Sequence record: NC_061446.1 | Strand: one strand, 5' to 3' | DNA length: 64,000 nt | Shown: piece after piece, positions 8,063 to 17,160 of the stretch | Numbering within the stretch: the stretch's first letter is position 1 | Layout: the number at the start of each line of letters is the position of its first letter | The notes under the pieces: generated by a model | Told to the model about the DNA's origin: nothing | Seen by the model: the letters and a program-made list of their open reading frames with translations, nothing else | Database searches by the model: none | Translations under genes and position numbers: made by a program

Positions 8063-9910
8063 ATGATTGAAGTAAACTGCTTTGCTGATCTGCGTACAAC
8101 CAAACCTGAGAAAGCTGGCGCTCTGGCTTTACTCGCTCGCTACTACGACAAAGACAGTAAGTTCCGTGGTGGTGGTGGTTGGTTCATCGGTTACCCTCAG
8201 AAAGACGTTCCGGCAGACGATGGTGGTATTATCGCTGTAGGTAAAGACGACAAAGGCAACCCGTTTTTCTGGCAGCGCGTTGTCAATGACCCTGAAGAGA
8301 TCAACATTCTGCACTTCGGTGGTCGCTGTGACGGCAAGACAGATGACAGCGATGCGTATCGTCGCAACTTCATGTGGGTGTTCAACATGAAAGACGGAAG
8401 TGACACGCTGGGCGTCAAGTTGCCTTCGGGCACAACTGTTCTTAACCCTATGGACTTCACTGACCTGGGCGAGATTCCTGTGTTTGCTATGTATGGCGAT
8501 ACACGCTGTCTCAAAGGCTGGCGTCCTCGTGTCAAAGTCATTAGTAATCAGGGAGACAAGCAGGTAATCAAAGTCAAGGCGCGTCGTACCGTCATTCAGG
8601 GCATCAACTGGAACGGTCAGTGCTATCCAAAAGTTGACGGCAAGAAGGTTGAAGTGGCGACCATTGCTGGTGCAGTAATGCCTGAGCAACGTAGCAACAA
8701 CCAAATCTTCTTTGAGAACATCTGTGCTATGGGTCAGTACGTAGGTGTTCACTGTTTCCGCGCAGAGAACACGGGCGGCTCTGCACTCAAATTTCAGGAC
8801 ACTATCGACACGTCAATCACTGAGATCTATGGCTCGAAGATTTTCGGTGCTGTGATTGAAGCCAAGTGGTCGAACACGAAAGAAGCTGGCTGGAACCACT
8901 CTACTGCTGTGCGCCTTGAGAACGGTAACTTCCAGTATGGCTACGGTCCTGCTGTACTCGATATGCCGCGTATGACTCAAGCGTTCATGAAGAACATCTG
9001 GATTGAGCACACGCGCTTCCCCGGTAATCTGAATGACGGTCAGTGGGTATTCGAAGGCAACTCTATCGAAAGCTCTGACAACCCTCTGAATCTCGCCAAC
9101 ACTCGTTGCGTTATTAACGGCTTCTACTTCCAGGGCAAAGGCACCATGACTCTGGAACGCGCTAAGAGTCCTGATAACTGGCTGTCAGGCTACGAGCGCG
9201 GTAACATCCGCACTGAGACATACGGCATCATCATGACCGATGCGTGTTTCCGTCCGGGTTACTACACTGGCTATAAAGTAACGAACACAACTGATCAGGA
9301 TAAGTGGTTCTATATCGGTGACTTTTCGTTCCCTAAAGTCGGCCAGATTTGGCAGATTGAGTTCCTGTCCAATCACGGTGCTCAGGTGCCCAACGCCAAG
9401 CTGCAACAACCGGCAGACATGGAAGGTATGGGACGTCGTGTTATTACTATGCAACGCTGCACGGTACCTAATGCGAAGGTCTATGCCGATATGCACTGCA
9501 TGGGCAAAGATGCAATTGTCGATGTTGTGTACCAGCGCCTGTGGGATACTCACGGTAAGGTGTTTATCAAAGTCGCAGCCAAAGCAGGCGATGTGATTTT
9601 CAACTTGACTACTACAGGTCCGACTCGTTTCGAAGAAGGCGTCTGTACTCTCTACTCGGATGGTCCTGTTGAGTGCGTTGGTGATCTGCTGACAGAAATG
9701 ACCACCAGCGTTGAAAAGAACCTGAAAGACTATGCTCGACCACAATCTCGTTTCAGTCTTCATAATGGACTGGCTGGTATTGGTGCAAACGAGCAAGGCG
9801 TCATCACAATGCAGACTAAAGAAGGCTCTGCACCTAAAGACCCTACCAAGCCTACTGGCTATACGACGATCAACATCAACGGTGTTGATCGACTCGTTCC
9901 CTACTATTGA
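8063..9910 (+). CDS. AmsF-like / EPS-depolymerase-like right-handed beta-helix protein (615 aa)
   Basis: FADLRTTKP..YYDKD..GGGGWFIG..DDGGII and NILHFGGRCDGKTDDSDA (pectate-lyase-3-type signature); GAGG RBS before ATG 8063; family assignment from recall. Confidence 0.65.
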   Translation: MIEVNCFADLRTTKPEKAGALALLARYYDKDSKFRGGGGWFIGYPQKDVPADDGGIIAVGKDDKGNPFFWQRVVNDPEEINILHFGGRCDGKTDDSDAYRRNFMWVFNMKDGSDTLGVKLPSGTTVLNPMDFTDLGEIPVFAMYGDTRCLKGWRPRVKVISNQGDKQVIKVKARRTVIQGINWNGQCYPKVDGKKVEVATIAGAVMPEQRSNNQIFFENICAMGQYVGVHCFRAENTGGSALKFQDTIDTSITEIYGSKIFGAVIEAKWSNTKEAGWNHSTAVRLENGNFQYGYGPAVLDMPRMTQAFMKNIWIEHTRFPGNLNDGQWVFEGNSIESSDNPLNLANTRCVINGFYFQGKGTMTLERAKSPDNWLSGYERGNIRTETYGIIMTDACFRPGYYTGYKVTNTTDQDKWFYIGDFSFPKVGQIWQIEFLSNHGAQVPNAKLQQPADMEGMGRRVITMQRCTVPNAKVYADMHCMGKDAIVDVVYQRLWDTHGKVFIKVAAKAGDVIFNLTTTGPTRFEEGVCTLYSDGPVECVGDLLTEMTTSVEKNLKDYARPQSRFSLHNGLAGIGANEQGVITMQTKEGSAPKDPTKPTGYTTININGVDRLVPYY

Positions 9911-9916
9911 TCACAC

Positions 9917-9939
9917 GAGGGGCGCAATGCCCCTCTTTT
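9917..9939 (+). terminator. Rho-independent terminator
   Basis: GAGGGGC-GCAAT-GCCCCTC then TTTT. Confidence 0.8.
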
Positions 9940-9985
9940 CATTCTGTGACTTAACTCAAACGCAACGCTCCAGAGATGCAACTAT

Positions 9986-10038
9986 GCAAATAATAGGCTG
10001 AAATAGGTCTATATATGCACATGCGCCTGTGATACACT
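9986..10038 (+). promoter_or_regulatory. Phage promoter copy 1 (upstream box + extended -10)
   Basis: GCAAATAATAGGCTGAAA - 29 bp - (TGa)TACACT. Confidence 0.7.
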
Positions 10039-10091
10039 ATATGCAGACGCTACACGTCGTAGCGCATACAACTCATGCTAAGGGGCATACA

Positions 10092-10790
10092 ATGAAAGCA
10101 GCAAACTTTGATAAAGCATTCAACGCGAAAGACGAAGCAACCTTAAACGCATACGCTGATCGTATTCAGCAAGCGCTTAACGCTCTGGGCCGTTATGACC
10201 TGAAGATCAAAATCATCTTCGGTACCGACCCGTTCAGCGAGTTCCCTGATTTTGTGAATGACCCGAACGGTTTTCGTGTCGTCCAGAACAACGAAGAAGT
10301 TTTCGACATATACACGCCGACCGAGAAACAAATTGAAGGTGATTCGTCTGATGTTTTCGTCTACGCGGCAATCGGCGGCGTAGAAGCCTCCAAGTGGGGA
10401 AAAGAAGTTTCCGATAATGATGTAGAAGAAATTGCCGCTGACCTGAACGAAGAAATCGAACGTGCAGGCCGTGTGTTTTATGAAGAAGACCGCGCAATGC
10501 TGCAAGAGATTGCCGACAAGCTCAATTCTCAAATGCAGCGCACCGACGCTCGCGTGATCGTTACAAACGGTGCCGAAGACAATCTCATTCTTATGGTTGT
10601 CGGTTATGCTGAGGGTGAAGTCAGTGACGAGTACGGTTTCTTCTTAGACCTGCCGTACACTGATGAAGACGCCGCTGATACAAACTACGTCCTGCACTAT
10701 GCAGGTTACCCAGATATGAACGATCACACGTTCACTTCTGAGTCGCTTGATGAAATCTCAAAAGAGATCGAAACACTCGACCTGCTGTAA
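10092..10790 (+). CDS. Acidic hypothetical protein (232 aa)
   Basis: AAGGGG RBS before ATG 10092. Confidence 0.8.
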   Translation: MKAANFDKAFNAKDEATLNAYADRIQQALNALGRYDLKIKIIFGTDPFSEFPDFVNDPNGFRVVQNNEEVFDIYTPTEKQIEGDSSDVFVYAAIGGVEASKWGKEVSDNDVEEIAADLNEEIERAGRVFYEEDRAMLQEIADKLNSQMQRTDARVIVTNGAEDNLILMVVGYAEGEVSDEYGFFLDLPYTDEDAADTNYVLHYAGYPDMNDHTFTSESLDEISKEIETLDLL

Positions 10791-10851
10791 TCGCTAACAC
10801 TGACTGCGGGGTTACGGCCCCGCTTACTTATTTCTATAGAGAGACACGACC

Positions 10852-11472
10852 ATGACTATGCACATCACTACTTTCTTTGTTAAACGTTCTTACGCTTCTC
10901 TGGCTGCTGGTTCATTCACTATCGGCGCCAAGCAAGTGCAAGAGCTGGTGGAATCTGAAATCTTCATCGTGTACGCAAACACGGGACTGGGCAACGCATT
11001 CGCCGTACGCAACATCACTCTGACGCCTGTTGATGAAGCAAACGTGCGTGTTGAGTTCGACCCGCTGACCGACGTTCACGCAATGCCGTCTAGTGTTCTG
11101 CCCAAAGAGAGTCTGACTGAAAGCACACAGCAATATCTCATGGCGCCGGATGACGTGGCCGCTGCCCCTCGCTTCTGCGTATCTAACCACGCATCTGGCA
11201 ACGAGCCGAACATGTTGTGTCTGAATCATGACGTGCGTGAACGCCTGATTCAATATAAGGGCGGCATGATCAGCCTGACAGAGCTGGTACTTGTGCTTCA
11301 CGACCAAGATATTTCAGTGACCGACATTCATCAACATCGTCGCAACAAAGAGAAGTACGTGGCGCAGATCACAGAGCGCACCTCACACGTTATCGAACTG
11401 TCGAAAGACAACGGCGTTAAGCAGCACGATAGCGACTTCCCGTTGCTTGCTCGCCTGAACGTGTATCTCTAA
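10852..11472 (+). CDS. Hypothetical protein (206 aa)
   Basis: Long ORF in operon context. Confidence 0.75.
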   Translation: MTMHITTFFVKRSYASLAAGSFTIGAKQVQELVESEIFIVYANTGLGNAFAVRNITLTPVDEANVRVEFDPLTDVHAMPSSVLPKESLTESTQQYLMAPDDVAAAPRFCVSNHASGNEPNMLCLNHDVRERLIQYKGGMISLTELVLVLHDQDISVTDIHQHRRNKEKYVAQITERTSHVIELSKDNGVKQHDSDFPLLARLNVYL

Positions 11473-11475
11473 TCA

Positions 11476-11528
11476 ACATAGCTTTGGACAAAAGCGCCAT
11501 TGTGCTCTAACGTTCAATGGCGTACTAT
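11476..11528 (+). promoter_or_regulatory. Phage promoter copy 2
   Basis: ACATAGCTTTGGACAAAA - 29 bp - TACTAT; TTGTGC at the 17-bp -35 position. Confidence 0.65.
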
Positions 11529-11575
11529 GTAATCTCTAGCGCAATGACGCGCTCAATCAAGAAAGAGGCAATATC

Positions 11576-11821
11576 ATGTCAGAGAAACAAATCACACTCG
11601 ATCTTATCGCAGACGTAGCATCGCCGACTGAAATCATCTTTGAAGATGGTGAGTCTTCTAACGACTGGCTCAAGCCGTATGACCTGCGCCTGGCTGTTAC
11701 GCAGACTGTCGGCCCGAACGGCTATCCCGAAGTTGCAATCATCGGCCATGAAGATGATCTGCGTCGCTTCTTGGCTGAGAAGCTGCCTGACACTGACGGC
11801 GAACTCGAAGACGTGCGTTAA
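11576..11821 (+). CDS. Hypothetical protein (81 aa)
   Basis: GAGG RBS. Confidence 0.75.
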   Translation: MSEKQITLDLIADVASPTEIIFEDGESSNDWLKPYDLRLAVTQTVGPNGYPEVAIIGHEDDLRRFLAEKLPDTDGELEDVR

Positions 11822-11870
11822 TCTTATGGGGCCTCGTGCCCCATTTCTACTTTCTGCCTGAGATACGACT

Positions 11871-12359
11871 ATGAAAAACCAATATCTGATTCTTCGCATG
11901 AGCCCTGCTGATTTATACGACAATCAATTTCTGATGCGCGGCTTCAATCGCAAACGTATCGAAAACGTCATTGGCGTTATCGTTGTTGTTGATCACTCCG
12001 ACAGCATGTATCACCTGTCGCGTGTTCAAGTTGACCTGTTGCAGTCTGACACACAGCAGAACTGGGCAAGACTGAGTTGGTCTAGCATAGATCGTGAGAG
12101 CATTGACTTAGGCATGCGCAGCCTGCCGCCTGAGCTGGCTATTGCCATTCGTGCTATGCGAAACAATCGTATGTATCACACCGTCGATACAAAAATCCCT
12201 GTGGCGTTTCGTGATCGTCACACTAACTTCGCCTACACGCCGAGCGCCGTACGCAAGATTGCTAACAGAGAAACGAAGTCACTCGACGACTTCACTGTAG
12301 AAGAAATCGTAGCGCACCTGAAACAACGTCTTGGCGTTGAGATTGAAATCAAACTGTAA
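11871..12359 (+). CDS. Hypothetical protein (162 aa)
   Basis: ORF in operon context. Confidence 0.75.
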   Translation: MKNQYLILRMSPADLYDNQFLMRGFNRKRIENVIGVIVVVDHSDSMYHLSRVQVDLLQSDTQQNWARLSWSSIDRESIDLGMRSLPPELAIAIRAMRNNRMYHTVDTKIPVAFRDRHTNFAYTPSAVRKIANRETKSLDDFTVEEIVAHLKQRLGVEIEIKL

Positions 12360-12406
12360 ACACTTAAGGCTCACATTACGTGGGCCGTTTCTATTTGGAG
12401 AATGCT

Positions 12407-12667
12407 ATGATTTATGAACGCGAAGAACTCGCTGCAATGCCGCTTGACGTGCTGTACAATCTCGCTGGCGCTAAAGGTCTGTTAGACGATCTGACCGACG
12501 ATGACGATGCGCCTGATCGTGAAGCGCTGACTGAGATGATTCTCGAATCGCAGTCACTCGAACAGCAGGCAGACGAAGACGACGCAGCCAAGCGTCAGGC
12601 AGAAGATGATCGCGACCCGCGTATCAATCGTCGTGATGGTCAAGACGGCTCGGATGATTACTGCTAA
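12407..12667 (+). CDS. Acidic hypothetical protein (86 aa)
   Basis: GGAG RBS before ATG 12407. Confidence 0.75.
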   Translation: MIYEREELAAMPLDVLYNLAGAKGLLDDLTDDDDAPDREALTEMILESQSLEQQADEDDAAKRQAEDDRDPRINRRDGQDGSDDYC

Positions 12668-12885
12668 TGTCACCTACTGAACTGAACGAATATCTACATC
12701 TGGTGCTGACGCCTGTTGCTATGGCTTGGCGTGAACAGTTTCCCAAAAAGAAACAAGTGATCGCTTCGGTGAAAACGCCGTACTCTTGTCGCATCAAGTT
12801 CGTCGAAGACCAAGAGGTTGAAAAACAGTGGCAGGCATTCTGCCGTACTCACGGTCTCAAGAACGAAGAAACACTCGAAATCTAA
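12667..12885 (+). CDS. Hypothetical protein (72 aa)
   Basis: TAATG stop/start overlap. Confidence 0.7.
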   Translation: MSPTELNEYLHLVLTPVAMAWREQFPKKKQVIASVKTPYSCRIKFVEDQEVEKQWQAFCRTHGLKNEETLEI

Positions 12886-12888
12886 ATC

Positions 12889-12918
12889 AAAGGGCTGCCA
12901 TTGCTGGTGGCCCTTTTT
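12889..12918 (+). terminator. Rho-independent terminator
   Basis: AAAGGGCTGCCA-TTGC-TGGTGGCCCTTTTT. Confidence 0.75.
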
Positions 12919-12963
12919 CATTTCTGTAAATAACTCGTACAACAATCAACGCGAGTCACTACA

Positions 12964-13329
12964 ATGCGCCGCTTCATTCTCGTTCTCAATGTCACTCAGG
13001 CAGAGCTAGACGTCCGCCACTTCATGCAAATCAAACTCAACATCATAAGCACCCTGCGCCGAGCCGCCTGTGTTCTGCTTGTTGTGCGTGAGACGAAACA
13101 GGTCATGTGTGTTTCAGAGCTGACCTTTCAAACTGCGTCAGGCAATCTCAAGCGTGTTGACTTCGACGCACCTCGCGATGTTACTGCGCACGTAATCAAA
13201 TACAACGAACTGATGATGGCTATGGCAAACAACGCCAGAGACCTAAGCGTTCGTCACTTTGGCCGACAGGTCGAGCTAGATACAGCCGACACCAAACGCC
13301 TGTTCACTCAACTGGAGATTATTGCATGA
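12964..13329 (+). CDS. Hypothetical protein (121 aa)
   Basis: ORF coupled (ATGA) to the next gene. Confidence 0.65.
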   Translation: MRRFILVLNVTQAELDVRHFMQIKLNIISTLRRAACVLLVVRETKQVMCVSELTFQTASGNLKRVDFDAPRDVTAHVIKYNELMMAMANNARDLSVRHFGRQVELDTADTKRLFTQLEIIA

Positions 13330-13571
13330 GTCAGTCATTAGGCGCCTCGCTTGGCGCTCGCTTTGCTGTTAGCTCACAAGAGAATATCGAACGCCGTAAG
13401 AAGCGTGACCCGAAAAACAAAACGCTGACCTGCGCTGGCACAACGGCACAATACAACGCAATCGGAGTGCTGGCAAACAAACTTGATGTAAGCCGCTCGC
13501 GTGTTATTGAAATGGCCCTCGAAGAACTGTTGGCTAAACACAATATCAAAGTCGGCGGTGACAATGACTGA
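13326..13571 (+). CDS. Ribbon-helix-helix (CopG/Arc-like) DNA-binding protein (81 aa)
   Basis: KTLTCAGTTAQYNAIGVLANKLDVSRSRVIEMALEELL fits the strand-helix-helix pattern. Confidence 0.65.
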   Translation: MSQSLGASLGARFAVSSQENIERRKKRDPKNKTLTCAGTTAQYNAIGVLANKLDVSRSRVIEMALEELLAKHNIKVGGDND

Positions 13572-13926
13572 CACGCATATCTACTGCCGTCTGTATGGTG
13601 TGCAGCATCGTCTAAAGATTACCGCCTTCAACTTTATGAAGCAGCCGAACATGATCACTGTCGATTCGTCTGATGTTCTCAAGATGATGCCGCTGATTAA
13701 TGTTGGTGCAGCCTATGATACATACACGCCGTACGATGTACTCAAGGCAGGACAGGCTGACTTCAAGATTCGTCTGATCGAAAGAACTGATGCGCATGTC
13801 TGGCGCTATGTGTTCGAAGACTATCGTGGTCAGATGTTTGAAACGTTCTTGATTCGGAGACACTATGAAACGCCTAGGGATTGTAACGGTGTTGTCATTA
13901 AAGGACAAACAACCCAAATCATGTGA
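13564..13926 (+). CDS. Hypothetical protein (120 aa)
   Basis: ATG 13564 overlapping the previous stop. Confidence 0.7.
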   Translation: MTDTHIYCRLYGVQHRLKITAFNFMKQPNMITVDSSDVLKMMPLINVGAAYDTYTPYDVLKAGQADFKIRLIERTDAHVWRYVFEDYRGQMFETFLIRRHYETPRDCNGVVIKGQTTQIM

Positions 13927-14500
13927 TCTCGATATTGTGCCTGTGTCGAAAGACGAAGAATGGGGCTCGCTGAGTCCCTTTCATTTAGGGCCGTGTCGAA
14001 CGCCTGACGGTACGATGTTTCTCAACATGGAGAATCTCTGGCAGTACAGCAAAGTGTACGACGACCATGTTATCAATTCGAATGACCTGTTCCTTGGTGA
14101 GATCTCAAGTGACTGGTGGCAGTGGCATTTAAAGGGAAGTAAATCACAACAGGCGCATCGCTATCCTATGGGGAAAGGCCAGAAGGCTTTATTCTCCAAA
14201 TGGGGCGACTTGCGCCTTTCGTACATTTCGGCGCGTAAACAAATCTATGTGCCTGAATATGCGAAGCTGGTGGTGCAGCAGCCGAAATTTAGACGCTTGT
14301 TGAAAGAGTACAGGAAAGGTGCGCACATAGTTTTACGTGACTATGACACCTACGATATTCTTCGAGCCTACCCAGATGCGCGTAGCCCGTGGGTATCGGC
14401 AATCGAAAACGACAACGCAAAGTTCGGCCATGCTTTTGTTATCGCCCTGTGCCTGTTATTTCACGAAAGACCACTCTGGTACAATCAATGGATAATATGA
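13865..14500 (+). CDS. NADAR/YbiA-like (DUF6939-like) protein (211 aa)
   Basis: LSPF...DG..F.NMENLWQYSKV resembles the NADAR LSNF..dG..f.s.EhyyQa.K motif; YISARKQIYVPEY; GGAG RBS. Confidence 0.55.
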   Translation: MKRLGIVTVLSLKDKQPKSCDLDIVPVSKDEEWGSLSPFHLGPCRTPDGTMFLNMENLWQYSKVYDDHVINSNDLFLGEISSDWWQWHLKGSKSQQAHRYPMGKGQKALFSKWGDLRLSYISARKQIYVPEYAKLVVQQPKFRRLLKEYRKGAHIVLRDYDTYDILRAYPDARSPWVSAIENDNAKFGHAFVIALCLLFHERPLWYNQWII

Positions 14501-14805
14501 AATACGAAGCCTGCATCGATCTATTCACACGCGCCGGAAACATGAACCTCCCGATTCTGCCTAAGTGTGAACTACAGGCAACTCTATTCGATCAGTATAC
14601 GAAAAAGCGAATACCAGTTCGCTTTAATGCCACAAACGTAATCAAGGTCAATGGGGCTACGTGCGGCAGCCTGCAAATCTTCGACTGTGTTAATCTGATC
14701 ATCTGGTCATCGTTCGATGTTAGTCGCTTTACGCTGCATATAGAGCGAGTACACAAGGCAGACGTGTCGGAGAGCGCCCAGCAGTCTGTCGAACTCTGCA
14801 AATAA
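14497..14805 (+). CDS. Hypothetical protein (102 aa)
   Basis: ATGA overlap with the previous gene. Confidence 0.65.
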   Translation: MKYEACIDLFTRAGNMNLPILPKCELQATLFDQYTKKRIPVRFNATNVIKVNGATCGSLQIFDCVNLIIWSSFDVSRFTLHIERVHKADVSESAQQSVELCK

Positions 14806-14850
14806 CTGGTCAAAATAGCCGTTCTTTTCAGTACCAGTTTATGTTATACT
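14798..14850 (+). promoter_or_regulatory. Phage promoter copy 3
   Basis: GCAAATAACTGGTCAAAA - 29 bp - (TGt)TATACT. Confidence 0.8.
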
Positions 14851-14896
14851 GAGAGCAAGCGCTATTGCTCATAAAACTCAAGCTGAGGAACTTAAC

Positions 14897-15214
14897 ATGT
14901 CGTCTTCTACTACTCTGACTTTCATTTTCCCTGAAATGACTACTCTGGAAGTTTCTATCGGCAACGGCGTTGTGCCACAATATCTGGGTCTCGCGGAAAA
15001 CCGAGACATAACATTCAGCGACATTAAGGCGTTGCGCCTGATGCAAGACTCAAACGTTATCGGAGTAATGAGTCGCTTCGACCAGTCGATGCTGAATATG
15101 TTGATTGCTCGCCACGAAACGAACGAGCATATCCGCTGCCGTGAGGCTATTGATAATGGCAGCGAGTATTTCCCATCTACTTGTCTCTACCTGAAAGTAG
15201 CGCATCACCGCTAA
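14897..15214 (+). CDS. Hypothetical protein (105 aa)
   Basis: GAGGA RBS. Confidence 0.75.
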   Translation: MSSSTTLTFIFPEMTTLEVSIGNGVVPQYLGLAENRDITFSDIKALRLMQDSNVIGVMSRFDQSMLNMLIARHETNEHIRCREAIDNGSEYFPSTCLYLKVAHHR

Positions 15215-15277
15215 GATTTGTGAAGGGCATTTGCGAGTGCCCTTTGAAAATCAAACCCACGTTCTGAGGAGAACAAA

Positions 15278-15634
15278 ATGACTTCTACTGAAATGCCACG
15301 CGATGCCCGCGCTTTTGACGACCTCGACAACAACGGCTTCTTGCGTATCACTAACTGCCTGTCGATCATTCTTTCTCGTGGTGATTTAGAACTCGTTACT
15401 GATATTGCAGATCGCACCGTCACTGTTAAGTATCGCACGGGAGCTGTGAACAAACTCGGACATGGACACGTCGTTCTGCGTTTCCCGTCAGAAGTGCTTC
15501 AATCTGATATTCTCGAAGACTTCGAAGTGACTGTCGATAAAGATATTGTGATTCTTATCGAACGCCAGTACAGTTCAGCCGCAACGTTTCAGCGTATTGC
15601 AGGCGTGATTGAAGGTCTGATGTACAAACTGTGA
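15278..15634 (+). CDS. Hypothetical protein (118 aa)
   Basis: GAGGAG RBS. Confidence 0.75.
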   Translation: MTSTEMPRDARAFDDLDNNGFLRITNCLSIILSRGDLELVTDIADRTVTVKYRTGAVNKLGHGHVVLRFPSEVLQSDILEDFEVTVDKDIVILIERQYSSAATFQRIAGVIEGLMYKL

Positions 15635-15698
15635 TTGTTGCTCGCAGGTTCTTACGAGAGCCTGCTGTCAACATAACCCATAAGCTGAGGAGCTTAAC

Positions 15699-16106
15699 AT
15701 GAAACAGTACCCGCAGCGTTATCGCGTCTACACGTTGAAAGAAATCGAAACGGAACTGGAGCTGCGTGACAGCCCATTCTTGCAGTTCACGCCGCAGAAA
15801 GTTCGCTATGTCGGCCTCGAACCTACCCAGCAGGTGATTCAGCAATCGAACATTGCGGGCCCTCTATCTGATATTGAAGGCTGGGCAGATACTGAGTGGA
15901 CGTATCTGTATGAAACCGAAGAATGGATTCCAATCTTCGTCGCTGTGAACAATGCGCCTGTCGAAGCGCTATGTGTTATCGAGCCTGATACCTCTGAGTT
16001 CCGTACAGACGGTACCATGTTCGTTTATCCGAAAGGCACTGAGTGCAAACAGTACGTGCCTTACGATGAAGCAGTTCACGGCGATCTGCTTGAACGCGAC
16101 GAATAA
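15699..16106 (+). CDS. Hypothetical protein (135 aa)
   Basis: GAGGAG RBS. Confidence 0.75.
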   Translation: MKQYPQRYRVYTLKEIETELELRDSPFLQFTPQKVRYVGLEPTQQVIQQSNIAGPLSDIEGWADTEWTYLYETEEWIPIFVAVNNAPVEALCVIEPDTSEFRTDGTMFVYPKGTECKQYVPYDEAVHGDLLERDE

Positions 16107-16112
16107 CAAACA

Positions 16113-16144
16113 GGGATGCTCACGCTGGTGGGTGTCCCATTTTA
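16113..16144 (+). terminator. Rho-independent terminator
   Basis: GGGATGCTCAC-GCTG-GTGGGTGTCCC then ATTTT. Confidence 0.7.
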
Positions 16145-16162
16145 CGTTCAGGGAGGTTTCCG

Positions 16163-16615
16163 ATGGAAATATTCGATCGCTCAAATGTAGTAAGCGCAAT
16201 CATGCGCAACCTGAAAGACGTGCGGAAGATAAAAGACCTACGCACGTTCGACGACAAGGTATACTTTCAGCTTAACGATAAAGGCTACTTTGTTTCTGGC
16301 AAATATCCTGAGTTGAAAGTTATCTGTCAAGGTCAGTATGACTACGAGATGATGGCACAACTCAACTTTGTGTATCAGCGCAAAAAGAAGCCGAGCACGG
16401 ACACGCCTCTACGTTTGGCTCGCATGGCTATGGGCGTATCGCTTGTTGAGGTGGCCAAGCAGCTTGATATAGATGCAGGTAATCTAAGTCGAATTGAACG
16501 GGGCATTCAGATCCCAGCGATGGACTTAGCGGAGCGCATCGCCAAGTATTTCAACAACACAATAACTGCTATTCAAATTTGTCATCCAACTTATAAGGGG
16601 AAAACCAATGCTTGA
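16163..16615 (+). CDS. XRE/Cro-C1 helix-turn-helix protein with an extra N-terminal domain (150 aa)
   Basis: LRLARMAMGVSLVEVAKQLDIDAGNLSRIERGIQIP; GGAGG RBS. Confidence 0.85.
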   Translation: MEIFDRSNVVSAIMRNLKDVRKIKDLRTFDDKVYFQLNDKGYFVSGKYPELKVICQGQYDYEMMAQLNFVYQRKKKPSTDTPLRLARMAMGVSLVEVAKQLDIDAGNLSRIERGIQIPAMDLAERIAKYFNNTITAIQICHPTYKGKTNA

Positions 16616-17147
16616 TCAAATCACTCACATCATTCAAGTGATGATGACCAGTCTGAAAGATGTTCGTGCTGTCGAAGAAGTTCGCATCATCGGCAACATG
16701 GCAGTGCGCTTCCGTATGAACGGTAAAACGTTTGACGTGCGCGGTCACTGCCCGCTGTTCTCTGTACATGAGATTGAAGGCTCCTGCATGGCCGGCACTA
16801 AACTTGCCTATGAGATTGAGCGCCAATTGAATGGCGGCCCAATTGAAAGTCAAGACGAAGAAGACTTCGCGCCTGACTCGCATGAGGAAGCGGTTAACGA
16901 TCTGCTGTGTGCTCATGTTGACAGTATGGACGAGGAACGTGTTCGTGCGTACAACGAAGAATGCGGTGGTCCTGACTTAGACCCAATCAATGGTCAGCGC
17001 GTTTGGCTCAAGACGCATCTGATTCATCGCAGCGCTGAAATGTCCCGCATGTTTGAAGAGGTGCTGTTCATGGAAGGCAAAGAGCGTTACGAGCAACTGC
17101 GTAAAGCCATCAAAGCTGTTTACGACCCTAAACCAAAAGTAGCCTAA
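16608..17147 (+). CDS. Hypothetical protein (179 aa); N-terminus paralogous to that of the upstream HTH protein
   Basis: Shared LKDVR...F..N.K...V.G..P...V...YE...QLN pattern. Confidence 0.8.
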   Translation: MLDQITHIIQVMMTSLKDVRAVEEVRIIGNMAVRFRMNGKTFDVRGHCPLFSVHEIEGSCMAGTKLAYEIERQLNGGPIESQDEEDFAPDSHEEAVNDLLCAHVDSMDEERVRAYNEECGGPDLDPINGQRVWLKTHLIHRSAEMSRMFEEVLFMEGKERYEQLRKAIKAVYDPKPKVA

Positions 17148-17160
17148 GAGGAAGTTAGCA

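Noticed and set aside
13865-13926. Gene overlaps (13564/13865 and 61009/61484) as programmed frameshifts
   Set aside because: Each downstream gene has its own RBS and ATG, and no slippery heptamer with a stimulatory structure was evident.
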